DNA of 48,654 nt, from positions 1 to 48,654 of the forward strand of contig CACXZL010000002.1 of assembly GCA_902772085.1 (NCBI GenBank). The letters are read 5' to 3'. The translations under genes were made by a program, and so were the position numbers. The stretch comes from an uncultured Coriobacteriaceae bacterium. Lineage in GTDB: Bacteria > Actinomycetota > Coriobacteriia > Coriobacteriales > Atopobiaceae. Shown here piece by piece: positions 15,037 through 25,290 of the stretch (positions within the stretch are counted from its first letter, which is position 1; every line of letters begins with the position of its first letter). The notes beneath the pieces are model-generated. The model was not told where the DNA came from, searched no databases, and worked only from the letters and a program-made list of their open reading frames with translations.

Positions 15037-16740
15037 ATGCAAGCTGAACGACGTTCTTTCACCCCCGCATACGAGCGGGCGCAGGCAACAGTGGAGGGGC
15101 AGCACGCAGGCGTTCTCTGTCAGATGACGGCAGATGAGAAAACGCGGGCGGTGCGCTCGTGCTCCGAAACCAGCGAGCTCGCGCCCATGCTCAACATGTC
15201 GCTGGTGGCGGCTGCCCGCGGTCAAAGCATACACGCAAAGCCGGTCCGCTCCCTTGGGCAGCTGCTCAACAAAATCCCCGTGGCGGATCTGCGCGCGGCG
15301 CTGCAGGGCTTTGGCGCGCAGGGGATGCTGGCCTCCACGCTCAAGAAGAAGGACATGGTCGCGCTTCTCTCGAACGCCATCTCCAGCAAAGACATAGGGT
15401 ACATGGACTTCATCTGCTCCATGGGCTCCAGCTTCCTCAAGGGCGTCAGGCGCATTGTGGAGGCCGGAGGCAGCGTCGACGTGCCGGCCGGCGAGGTGAG
15501 GTCTACCGACCAGCTCGTCATGCCGCGCTTTCCCATCGTGTTTCTCACGGACTGGAACGACGTGTTTACCAACGTGGTGCCAGAGGAGCTGTGCAAACTC
15601 CTGGCCAACGCGGACTGGGAAGAGGCTGAGCACAACGCCGCGCGCGTGGACGAGGCGATGGGCCACCTGGACCTGCAGGTGGACTTCTACGGGATAGTTC
15701 CGTTTGACGATGCGGTGGAGTCATATCGCAAGAAGGCTTCCGAGCCGCTGAGCTCGGCAATACTGCGCTCTGCCATTGCGCTTGGCGCCACGGGCACTCA
15801 TACGCACTTCGAGCTCTACGAGGTGGATGGGACGTTGTGTCTAGTCCACGAAGAGCTTCTTTGGTTCTTGGACGAAGGCGACGCGTATGAGGATTACGCG
15901 CCGGCTGGGGAGGACGAGCTCAAGGATTTGTTGGAACTCCAAGGCGAGTATGCTGCCCGACCCATAACGGAGGAGATGCTCAGTGCGGGAAGCGTAGAGG
16001 AGTGGGGGGCGCGCTGCGACGTGGCTCAGGAATTCATGTCATTTCTTGATGCGCATCTGCCCGACGAGACCAACGAATGCCTCGCCGCGGATGTCGTGCT
16101 CTGCGATTTGGTCCCGTGGGGCCGGCAGGGAGAGGCGTTGATGGGCCTCATGCCAACGCTCCGCAAGTACGGATTCGTTTTGGGAGACGACCAACTGGAC
16201 TACGTCGTCGGATTGTTTTCTGCGGTGATGGCCCGGGTGCCACAGTGGGAGCTGAATGGATGGTCGCGGCTTGAGGTGGTGTGTGGGCAGGCCATGAAGG
16301 CGAGGCGGGAGAACGACTTGCCGGACGTCATACCCTTTGGGCCGCGAGCGGGGGACGCGACATCTCGTGAGGGTGGCACGCAAAGCGGTGACGGGGAGGT
16401 GCTCGAGTTCCCACGGCGAGACGGGGGCTCTGTGGCCGATGACGACTCTGATGCCGACGAGCTTGTTGGCGATTCGCAGGGCTCTGGCGAGTTCGACTAC
16501 GAGGCGTACGAGCTCCGCTGCAAGGAGCTGAAGGAGCAAAACGAGGGCTACCTCACCGAGTTCGAAGAATGGCTCACTGCGTCGGGCCTCAAGCCAAAGA
16601 CCGTCCAAAGGCACATAGGCAACGTGGACTTCTTCATCAACCACTATCTTCACTACTCCGATGCCTACTCCATCCAAGAGGGCACTCAGCGGCTAGATGA
16701 CTTCTTGGGATACTGGTTCATTCGCAAGGCCATGTGGTAG
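15037..16740 (+). CDS. Hypothetical protein (567 aa as terminated) ending inside a phage-integrase-SAM-like/core-binding-type module; the frame continues past TAG to 16902
   Basis: TAGGAG Shine-Dalgarno before ATG 15037. The C-terminal KPKTVQRHIGNVDFFINHYL... resembles the N-terminal SAM-like domain of tyrosine recombinases. There is an in-frame TAG at 16738-16740. Confidence 0.6.
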   Translation: MQAERRSFTPAYERAQATVEGQHAGVLCQMTADEKTRAVRSCSETSELAPMLNMSLVAAARGQSIHAKPVRSLGQLLNKIPVADLRAALQGFGAQGMLASTLKKKDMVALLSNAISSKDIGYMDFICSMGSSFLKGVRRIVEAGGSVDVPAGEVRSTDQLVMPRFPIVFLTDWNDVFTNVVPEELCKLLANADWEEAEHNAARVDEAMGHLDLQVDFYGIVPFDDAVESYRKKASEPLSSAILRSAIALGATGTHTHFELYEVDGTLCLVHEELLWFLDEGDAYEDYAPAGEDELKDLLELQGEYAARPITEEMLSAGSVEEWGARCDVAQEFMSFLDAHLPDETNECLAADVVLCDLVPWGRQGEALMGLMPTLRKYGFVLGDDQLDYVVGLFSAVMARVPQWELNGWSRLEVVCGQAMKARRENDLPDVIPFGPRAGDATSREGGTQSGDGEVLEFPRRDGGSVADDDSDADELVGDSQGSGEFDYEAYELRCKELKEQNEGYLTEFEEWLTASGLKPKTVQRHIGNVDFFINHYLHYSDAYSIQEGTQRLDDFLGYWFIRKAMW

Positions 16741-16984
16741 ACGGCGGCCAGCCTCAAGAAGTTCTATAGCTGCATGGCGCAGAAGGGCCATGTGTCTCAG
16801 GAGGCGCTGGCAGAGGTCTTGGAGACCATAAAAGAGGGTCTGCCAGAGTGGAAAGAAGCCAGCCGCCGCTTTGACGACGGCGATCCGGACTGGTGGGAAT
16901 AACCGCCAGGAGCCACCATAGAATGCTCGCCCGTGCCGCCGCGCGCGACGGCACGATCGTGCAAACAAACGCACTGACTCCAAA

Positions 16985-17019
16985 CAAAAAAGCCCGGAGG
17001 CAGCTCAAGGCCTCCGGGC
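16985..17019 (-). terminator. Rho-independent terminator of fruA
   Basis: Minus strand reads GCCCGGAGGCCTTGAGCTGCCTCCGGGCTTTTTTGTTTG, immediately after the fruA stop. Confidence 0.8.
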
Positions 17020-17048
17020 ACAAGGGAAGGGAAAGGCACGTACGTGCT

Positions 17049-18954
17049 CTACTCCTCGACGGGCTTCTTCCAGAAGGACAGGATCAGCGCGCCAACGACA
17101 GAGCCTGCGACGATGGCGACGAGCCACATGAGGGGGTTGCCGATGACGGGGAGCACCCAAGCGCCGCCGTGAGGAGCGGGGCTCGTGCAGCCAAAGGCGG
17201 CGGACATCGCACCGGCGATAGCGGAGCCGATCACGCAGGTGGGGATGATGTGGCCGGGGTCAGCAGCTGCAAAGGGGATGGCGCCTTCGGAGATGAAGGA
17301 GAGGCCCATGATGTAGTTCACCAGGCCGGCGTCGCGGTCGGCCTTGGACCACTTGTTCTTGAAGAAGGTGGTGGAGAGGGCGATGACGATGGGAGGAACC
17401 ATGCCGCCAGCCATGCAGGCTGCCATGGCGACCTGGCCCATCTCGGTGCCAGAGGCAAGAAGGCCGGTGCAGAAGACGTAGGAAGCCTTGTTGAACGGGC
17501 CGCCGAAGTCGATGGACATCATGCCGCCGACGACCGCGCCGAGCATAATGGCGTTCGTGGTGCCCATGCCGTTGAGGAAGTCGTTCATCGCGGTGTTTAG
17601 CATGCCGAAGATCGGGTTGAGGATGTACATGATGGCGCCAATGGCCAGCGTGCCGAGAACGGGGTAGAGCAGGATGGGCTTGATGCCTTCGAGGGCGTCG
17701 GGCAGCTTGTCGCATGCCTTCTCGATGTAGAGGGTCAGGTAGCCCGCGAGGAAGCCGGCTGCCAGAGCTGCGAGGAAGCCGCCAGAGACGCATACGCTCG
17801 TGTCGAACTCAGGCGCGGTCTGGAGGAACGCAAGGTTGATGCCGCTCTTTGCCATAAGGCCGCCAACGACGCCGGGAGCCAGGCCAGGACGGTCGGCGAT
17901 GGACATGGAGATGTAGCCAGCGAGGATGGGGAGCATCATGCCGAAGGCTTCTTCGCCGATCTTCTTGAAGAATGCGGCGAGCATGGTGGAGGAGCCATAG
18001 GCCGCGGTGCCTGCGGCGCCCATGTCGAAGAGGAATGCGAGAGCGGTGAGGATGCCGCCGCCGATGACGAACGGGAGCATGTGGGAGACGCCGTTCATGA
18101 GGTGCTTGTAGATCTGAGCACCGATGGACTCGTTCTCAACGGCAGCGCCGCCGGAGGCAACGGTGCCTTCCTGCCTTCTCGGGCTCGTTGATGCCGGCGG
18201 ACACGTTGGTGACGTATACCTGCTTGCCGGCGAAGCGGGCGCGGTCGACGTTCTTGTCGGCGGCGATGATGATGCCCTTGCAGTTGGCGATCTCCTCTGC
18301 GGTGAGGATGTTCTTCGCGCCAGCGGAGCCCTGCGTCTCGGCCTTGAGCACGAGGCCCATCTCGGCGGCCTTCTTCTCGAGGTTCTCGGCTGCCATGTAG
18401 GTGTGGGCGATGCCGGTGGGGCAAGCGGTGATGGCGAGGATGTCGGGACCGTTGCCGCCAGCGGCGGGAGCGGCCTTGGCGGCCTGCTCGGCGTTGCGCT
18501 CTGCCTCGGCGTCATCGATGACCTTGAGGAACTCCTGCGGGGTCTTTGCGGCACGCAGCGCGTTTGCGAACTCCTCGTGCATGAGCATTGCGGAGAGGTT
18601 GGCCAGCATCTCGAGGTGCGTGTTTGCCTCGCCCTCGGGAGCGGCGATCATAAACATGAGGTCGGCGTTCTCGCCGTCGGGGGCGTTCCAGTCGACGCCG
18701 CCGGGGACGGTCATGGCGGCCAGGCCAGGACGCTTCACGGCAGCCGTCTTTGCGTGGGGGATGGCGATGCCGTCGCCTACTGCGGTGGAGAACTCCTTCT
18801 CGCGTGCGAGGATGCCCTCCTTGTACTTTGCCTTGTCGTTGATGTTGCCACTTGCGTCTTGTAAGGCTACAAGCTGGTCAATGGCGTCCATCTGGCTGGT
18901 GGCTTTTGCACCCACCTTGATGCCTTCGGGCCGAAGCAGATCGGTAATCTTCAC
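17049..18954 (-). pseudogene. fruA: PTS fructose-specific EIIABC, interrupted by a 1-nt frameshift between the IIB and IIC parts (or sequencing error)
   Basis: The IIA-IIB frame (GTG 18954 with GGAAGGAG Shine-Dalgarno; ...ITACPTGIAHTYMAAE...) stops at 18136. The IIC frame (...ENESIGAQIYKHLMNGVSHMLPFVIGGG...) is already open from upstream of 18170 and runs to 17049. The switch point is about 18166-18176. Confidence 0.8.
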
Positions 18955-19108
18955 TTCAAGCTCCTTCCTTGTCCTTTCCAAACTTCTTGCTATGTCCAAG
19001 CCGGCAAGCCGACTGTGGATACTTTGACGGCCGTTGGGACTTGTTCCCTTCGGTCATGCACGGCCATGGGGAACGAGCCCCGACGGCCAGCGGCGTCCTT
19101 GCGCGAGG

Positions 19109-20011
19109 CTACAGCGTTGCGAGAAGCGCCTCCACCTCGGGACGGGTTGCCAGATCGGGCGAGAATGCACTGGCGGAGCCGGTGCAAAGGCCCATGCGGA
19201 AGGCCTGCGCGTAGTCGCCAGACTCGATGGTTCCGGCCACAAAGCCCGCTACCATGGAGTCGCCTGCGCCTACGGAGTTCACGACCTTGCCCTTGGGGGC
19301 TTCGCTCTTCACGATGGTGCCGTCCTCGCCCACAAACACGGCGCCTTCGCCTGCCATGGAGACGATCACGTTGCGAGCGCCTTGCTCCTGGAGCTTCTGG
19401 GCGTAGGGCACGACCTCGTCGCGCGTCGTGAGCTTCACGCCAAAGATGTCTCCCAGCTCGTGGTTGTTTGGCTTGATGACGAACGGGTGGTACTTGAGCA
19501 CGCGCGTGAGCAGGTCGCGCTCGGCATCGACCGCGATGTTTATCCCGCGACCGTCGAGGCGGCTCATGATGCGCTCGTACATGTCGCCAGGAAGCGTGGA
19601 GGGCACGGAGCCCGCGATGACGAGGTAGTCGCCTTCCTGCAGTGCGTCGAGCTTGGCGTAAAGAGACTCGATGTCTGCGTCCGTGATCTGGGGACCGAGG
19701 CCGTTGATCTCGGACTCCTCGTTGCTCTTGATTTTTACGTTGATGCGACTCATGCCTTCCGCGACGTCGATGAAGTCGCAGGTAACGCCATACTTCTCCA
19801 TGCTTGCGGCGATTTCGCGGCCGGTGAAGCCGGCCATGAAGCCAAGCGCGGTATTGTCGTGACCCAGATTCTTGAGAACGATGGACACGTTGATGCCCTT
19901 GCCTCCGGGGAGGATGTTCTCATAGTAGACGCGGTTCACCTCCCCGAGCTTGAGGTCTTCCACGCGGACGATATAGTCCAGCGAGGGATTGAATGTGACG
20001 GTGTAGATCAT
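19109..20011 (-). CDS. fruK: 1-phosphofructokinase
   Basis: 300 aa starting MIYTVTFNPSLDY, with PfkB-family motifs (GKGINVS, NSVGAGDSMVAGF). ATGA start/stop overlap with fruR. Confidence 0.9.
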   Translation of the reverse strand: MIYTVTFNPSLDYIVRVEDLKLGEVNRVYYENILPGGKGINVSIVLKNLGHDNTALGFMAGFTGREIAASMEKYGVTCDFIDVAEGMSRINVKIKSNEESEINGLGPQITDADIESLYAKLDALQEGDYLVIAGSVPSTLPGDMYERIMSRLDGRGINIAVDAERDLLTRVLKYHPFVIKPNNHELGDIFGVKLTTRDEVVPYAQKLQEQGARNVIVSMAGEGAVFVGEDGTIVKSEAPKGKVVNSVGAGDSMVAGFVAGTIESGDYAQAFRMGLCTGSASAFSPDLATRPEVEALLATL

Positions 20012-20766
20012 TGCTCCTCCACTTCAACGACGTTTCCAACAGATCTATATGCACCCTCGCCTGCGGGCAGGCGATCAGTGACAACGGTAGCATCGTCAAA
20101 ATCTGCAAAAGTTATAAGCGAGATTTTGGAAAACTTGCTTGAATCGGCCAGAATATAGGGGCGAACGGTATGCTCGAGCGAGATTTGCTTAACGGCGGCC
20201 TCGGTGAACTCGGGCGTCGTGAAACCCGTCTCGAGCCCCGCGCCGTTTGTGCCCCAGAAGCCGATGGTGAAGTGGTAGCGGCGTATGGCGTTGACAGTCT
20301 CCGCTCCCACCAGGACTTCCGTGACAGGCTTTATCATCCCGCCGGGCAGCAGCGTGCGGCATCCCTTGGCCAGGAGACGCTGCGCGTGGGGAAGCGAGTT
20401 GGTGAGATAGGTGGCGTGCGTCTCGGCGATCGCTTCCACCAGGCACTCGGTGGTGGTGCCTCCGTCGATAAACACGAAGTCATCCGGCTCGATCAGCTTT
20501 GCCGCATACGCCGCTATCGCCTGCTTTTGAGGCATGTTGAGCGATTGGCGACCGACGAACGACTGGTCATGCATCACGTAGTCGTCGCGGATGCGCGTGG
20601 CCCCGCCATGGACTTTGCTGAGCAGACCGCTGCGATCGAGCTTCACCAAATCGCGTCGTATGGTGGATTCCGAGGCGTCGAGCGCCTCCATGAGGTCGAG
20701 GACCGTGACTGCACCGCGCTCGTTCACCATGCTCATGATGCGCGCATGACGTTCCCCTGCAATCAT
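20008..20766 (-). CDS. fruR: DeoR-family transcriptional repressor of the fructose operon
   Basis: ORF trimmed to ATG 20766 (GAAGGAGGGG Shine-Dalgarno). ERHARIMSMVNERGAVTVLDLMEALDASESTIRRDLVKL is a DeoR HTH, followed by a sugar-binding C-terminus. Confidence 0.85.
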   Translation of the reverse strand: MIAGERHARIMSMVNERGAVTVLDLMEALDASESTIRRDLVKLDRSGLLSKVHGGATRIRDDYVMHDQSFVGRQSLNMPQKQAIAAYAAKLIEPDDFVFIDGGTTTECLVEAIAETHATYLTNSLPHAQRLLAKGCRTLLPGGMIKPVTEVLVGAETVNAIRRYHFTIGFWGTNGAGLETGFTTPEFTEAAVKQISLEHTVRPYILADSSKFSKISLITFADFDDATVVTDRLPAGEGAYRSVGNVVEVEEQ

Positions 20767-21042
20767 GGTTCCCCTCCTTCCCATTATAACGTCGATGATA
20801 CCAACTGAACCGAGCAAAAACAATCAAAATCAGTCAATGATTTCTGCAACGGCCGAGCGGTAGCTAAAGCTCGGGGGAACGGTAAAACACCTTTAAATTA
20901 TTAAATCTTTACCTGGCTCCACCTTACGCGACCGTATCTGCTTGCGCGGAATCGACGTGGCGAGCAGCAAACAAGCCCCCACCAAGCAACCGACTTACGG
21001 TATGGTAGGGTGCGTGTCCGTGTGATCGAATGAGGGGTTGTC

Positions 21043-23403
21043 ATGGTGTCGATTCGTATCCATGCGCCTCGCAAAGACACGCTGGTGTGTGCCTGCCTGT
21101 GCTTTGCGACGGCGCTGCTGTCTTTTGGCCTGTTTATGCTGCAAGATGGCGGAGCGTTTACGCTGAGAGAGGACTTCGACTTTCAACAAATGCCCTTCAC
21201 CATGGGGTTGCACAACCAGATCGTGCGCGGCGGGATTGCCGGCTGGTGCTGGAATCTCGACCTCGGCGCATCGGTCGTGCAGGGATTTGGCTTTTACGAA
21301 CTCGGCAGCCCCTTCTTCTGGATCAGCATGCTCTTTCCGGCGTCGGCCTTCCCCTACGTGGTCGGCTGGATATACGTACTGAAATACACGGTTGCCGGCG
21401 TCACCGCCCATCTCTACATCCGACGCTTCGTTGGTGACGGCCGATGCGCGACGGCCGGCGCGCTGCTCTATGCCTTCGCCGGATTCCAGACCACAAACGT
21501 GCTCTTCTATCACTTCCATGACGTCGTGGCACTGTTTCCTCTGCTGCTCATAGGGTTGGAGCGCATGTTTGGAGAGCGCCGCGACGTCGTATGCTTCACG
21601 CTTGCCGTCTTCCTGAACGCGGTTACGAACTATTTCTTCTTTGTCCAGAGCACGGTGTTCCTGCTGCTGTATTTCGGCTTTCGCTTTGGGCCGCAGCTCC
21701 GACGCGAGAGGAGGCTGCTCTCGGCCATCGGTCGCTGCATGGCGCTTGGCGTGCTGGGAGTGGGCATGGCCGCCGTGCTCATGGTGCCCTCCTTTGTGTA
21801 CATGCTCTCAAACCCGCGTGCTGGTTCGCCCGCGATCTCGCTGGACAACCTTCTGGACAACCTCCTCTGGGATCCTTGGCAGCTCTTGTTTCAGATCCAG
21901 GGATTCCTTCTTCCTGCCGATCCGATGTATGACCACAACGCGGTCATCGACCAGCAGTGGACTTCCACTTCGTGCTGGCTGCCCATGGTGGGCATCTCGC
22001 TCACGATCGCCTATCTGAGAGACCGGCGCGACTGGCTTGTGGGCCTGCTCGTGGCGCTCTTCATCATCTGCCTGAGTCCGCTGCTGACCTCGAGCTTTAC
22101 GCTCTTCACGAATGTCTACCAACGCTGGTGGTACATGCTCGTGCTCATGTGCGCCTTGGCTTCGGCGATTGTGATGAGCGACCCCTCGTCGTTTCGCGTG
22201 AGGTCTGCGGTGGTCTGGGCGGCGCTGATCGTGGCCGCGTTTGCCGTCGTCGTGGCTGTGGGCTCGCGGATGCTCGGCGTCGTGGAACTCTTCCACGCCG
22301 ACGGATTCGCCCTGCAGGTCGCGCTGGCGCTCGTGGGCATTGCGGCGACCTTCCTGCTCCTTGGTCGCGACCGGTCCACGGGGGGCGGCATGGTTCCTCG
22401 GGGGTCATCCCCCCGAAACCGGTGGCGTGTCGTCTTGGGGTGCATCGTCGCCTTTGCCGTGGTTACCACGGCGCTCACGATCTGGCAGTATCGACAGAAC
22501 CTCTATGAGGGCGAGCTGCTCGACAACATCTCCTTGGAGGAGCAGCGCATGGGCACGCTCAACGCCCTCGCCTTGGGCGCGCGGCTCGAGGAGATTGACC
22601 CGCAGTACCGATATGCGACGGGCGACAACCGCCTCACGCTTACGGGTGCCGCGGCGGGCGTGAGCTCGTTCAGCTCCACGATCAGCCCTGCTTCGGGCCG
22701 TCTCGAAGAGCTCTTTGGCACGCCCGCCACCAGCGTGTGGCATCTAAACAAATCCACCGTTCCGGGACTGACAGAGCTTCTTGGCGGTCGCTACCACGTG
22801 ACGACCTCTCCCGGCGCGAGCGATGTCGTCGCTCGGCACGAAGTGGACGGAGTCACATACTGCGTCACGTCGGAGGATGCCTGTCCCATAGGGTTTACCG
22901 CTCGCGGCTATGTGCTGGAGGAGGATGTGGAAGCCTTGCCCATGGAGCAGCGAGCGGCCACGCTCATGCAGGCTCCCGTGGTGGCGCGGGAGGACGAGGA
23001 TTTGGTGGCGAGGTATGCGCAGAGGACCTATGTGGGCGCCGTGGTGAGCCCCGTGGATTTCACGCGAGACGTCGCACCGCTCGTCACCGATGCCCAGTCG
23101 CGTGCGGTAGAGGGCTTCTGGCGCGACGACCGTGGTTTTGGCTTCGATGTGGCAGCGACGGAGCCTGAGTTGGTATACATCAGCGTTCCGCATGACGACG
23201 GCTGGTCTGCATACGTGGACGGACGTGAGTCGCCTACCGTCGACTCAGCTGGCATGACGCTGCTGCCGGTAGAGGCGGGACGGCACGAGATACGCTTCGC
23301 CTACGAAACGCCTGGCCTTCGCGTGGGCATCTGGGTGACGGTGGCGTCATGGCTCTTGTGTGCCGCGCTCGTCGCGCGGCGGGCCGCGCACCGTCATGTG
23401 TGA
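21043..23403 (+). CDS. YfhO-family polytopic membrane protein (putative glycosyl transferase/flippase-associated)
   Basis: 786 aa with many TM segments. The N-terminal region (DFDFQQMPF...GFYELGSPFFWISMLFP) is typical of YfhO proteins. Confidence 0.8.
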   Translation: MVSIRIHAPRKDTLVCACLCFATALLSFGLFMLQDGGAFTLREDFDFQQMPFTMGLHNQIVRGGIAGWCWNLDLGASVVQGFGFYELGSPFFWISMLFPASAFPYVVGWIYVLKYTVAGVTAHLYIRRFVGDGRCATAGALLYAFAGFQTTNVLFYHFHDVVALFPLLLIGLERMFGERRDVVCFTLAVFLNAVTNYFFFVQSTVFLLLYFGFRFGPQLRRERRLLSAIGRCMALGVLGVGMAAVLMVPSFVYMLSNPRAGSPAISLDNLLDNLLWDPWQLLFQIQGFLLPADPMYDHNAVIDQQWTSTSCWLPMVGISLTIAYLRDRRDWLVGLLVALFIICLSPLLTSSFTLFTNVYQRWWYMLVLMCALASAIVMSDPSSFRVRSAVVWAALIVAAFAVVVAVGSRMLGVVELFHADGFALQVALALVGIAATFLLLGRDRSTGGGMVPRGSSPRNRWRVVLGCIVAFAVVTTALTIWQYRQNLYEGELLDNISLEEQRMGTLNALALGARLEEIDPQYRYATGDNRLTLTGAAAGVSSFSSTISPASGRLEELFGTPATSVWHLNKSTVPGLTELLGGRYHVTTSPGASDVVARHEVDGVTYCVTSEDACPIGFTARGYVLEEDVEALPMEQRAATLMQAPVVAREDEDLVARYAQRTYVGAVVSPVDFTRDVAPLVTDAQSRAVEGFWRDDRGFGFDVAATEPELVYISVPHDDGWSAYVDGRESPTVDSAGMTLLPVEAGRHEIRFAYETPGLRVGIWVTVASWLLCAALVARRAAHRHV

Positions 23404-23484
23404 GCCATGGGGAGGAAGTGCACGCGCCTGTCCTGTAGGGTAGTATGTATGGCAGGCGATGCCAAGACATAACGAAGGAGAACA

Positions 23485-25154
23485 ATGGCAGAGTTTATCT
23501 ATCAGATGTACAAGGTTCGCAAGGCCCATGGCGACAAGGTGATTCTGGACGACGTCACCATGGGGTTCTTCCCTGGTGCGAAGATCGGTGTCGTAGGACC
23601 AAACGGCATGGGCAAGTCTACCCTGCTCAAGATCATGGCAGGCATGGAAGACATCTCAAACGGCGAGGCCATGCTGAGTCCCGGCTACACCGTGGGGTTG
23701 CTACAGCAAGAACCCCCGCTGGAAGAGGACAAGACGGTTCGCGAAAACATCGAGCTTGCGTTTGGCGACATCCTGGCAAAGATCGCACGGTTCAACGCCA
23801 TAAGCGAGGAGATGGGCGACCCCGACGCCGATTTCGATGCGCTTATGGCTGAGATGGGTGAGCTGCAGGATGCCATCGACGCCGCAAACGGCTGGGATTT
23901 GGATTCGCAGCTCAGCCAAGCCATGGACGCCCTGCAGTGTCCTGACCCCGACGTCCCGGTGAACGTGCTCAGCGGTGGCGAGCGTCGCCGTGTGGCTCTG
24001 TGTCGCCTGCTGCTTGAGGCGCCCGACCTTTTGCTGCTCGACGAGCCGACCAACCACCTGGATGCCGAGTCCGTCCTGTGGCTGGAGCAGTTCCTCCATC
24101 GGTATCCCGGTGCGGTGCTGGCCGTGACGCATGACCGCTACTTCCTCGACAACGTGGCGGAGTGGATTTGCGAGGTGGACCGCGGCACGCTCTACCCCTA
24201 CAAGGGCAATTATTCCACGTACCTTGAGACCAAGGCAGCACGCATGGAGAAGGAGAACCAGCAGAATGCCAAGCGGGCGAAGAAGCTCAAGGCTGAGCTT
24301 GAATGGGTGCGCAGCGGAGCAAAGGCTCGGCAGGCCAAGGGCAAGGCGCGTCTTGCGCGCTACGAGCAGATGGCTTCTGAGGCGGCGGCAAACAAAAAGC
24401 TTGACTTCTCGGAGATTCAAATCCCGATGGGTCCGCGCCTGGGAAACAAGGTCCTTGAGGCCGAGCATCTGCACAAGGCGTTCGGCGATCGCGTGCTCAT
24501 AGACGACCTGTCGTTCAGCCTGCCGCGCAACGGCATCGTGGGCGTGATCGGTCCCAACGGCGTGGGCAAGACGACCTTGTTCAAGACCATCGTGGGACTT
24601 GAGGAGCCCAGCGCCGGCAAGCTGGAGATCGGTGACACGGTAAAGATCAGCTACGTGGACCAGACGCGTGAGGGGCTTGATCCAGACAAGAGCATCTGGG
24701 AGGTCGTGAGCGACGGAAACGATTTCATCCAGGTGGGGGATACCGAGGTGCCGAGTCGTGCATACGTCGCGAGCTTTGGCTTCAAGGGTTCCGACCAGCA
24801 AAAGAAGGCTGGCGTTCTCTCTGGCGGCGAGCGCAACCGTCTGAATCTTGCCCTCACGCTGCGCCAGGGCGGCAACCTCTTGCTCCTCGACGAGCCCACC
24901 AATGACCTCGATACCGAAACCCTGGAGTCTCTGGAAGAGGCTTCCCCGGGTGCTCGGTGGTCGTGAGCCACGATCGCTGGTTCCTCGATCGCGTCGCCAC
25001 GCACATTCTCGCGTGGGAGGGCACTGACGAGGAGCCAGGCAACTGGTTCTGGTTCGAGGGCAATTTCGAGGCATACCAGCAAAACCGCGAAGAGCGTCTC
25101 GGACCTGAGGCAAGCAAGCCCCATCGCTTGCATCGCAAGCTTACGAGAGACTAG
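23485..25154 (+). pseudogene. ettA: ABC-F translational throttle EttA, disrupted by a frameshift about 70 codons from the C-terminus (or sequencing error)
   Basis: MAEFIYQMYKVRKAHGDKVILDDV...GPNGMGKST... with two ABC cassettes. Frame 1 ends LESLEEASPGARWS* at 24966. The conserved continuation FPGCSVVVSHDRWFLDRVATHILAWEG... is in another frame from 24942 and runs to 25154. Confidence 0.85.
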
Positions 25155-25290
25155 AAATCGACAAGAAACAGCCTGGTCAGACTGGCGAGGCATGCGCGGG
25201 CGCATGCGGCGGGCGGATAAGGGAGGGGCGGTTGGCCATACCCCGACCGACTACGACCGTCGCAGGTGCCGCGCGGGTCCGCCAAACGGC

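Noticed and set aside
16738-16740. TAG decoded as pyrrolysine or other programmed recoding.
   Set aside because: No pyl genes or methylamine methyltransferases are in the window, and no PYLIS-like context can be argued by eye. A nonsense mutation or base-call error is the simpler explanation. It is kept as a finding only as an interrupted gene.
17049-18554. 501-aa ORF with a Pro/Ser/Arg-rich N-terminal roughly 130 aa (MPQRPRRSSSRSS...), suggesting an unusual extended IIC protein.
   Set aside because: The N-terminal part is the out-of-frame translation of the IIB-coding region, which is read convincingly in the other frame. Only the portion downstream of about 18170 is genuine IIC.
18955-19108. 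154-nt fruK-fruA spacer with partially complementary segments (GGCCGTTGGG / CCCGACGGCC), as a possible attenuator.
   Set aside because: The pairings are imperfect and there is no U-run. An alternative ATG at 18999 could simply extend fruA. The evidence is insufficient.
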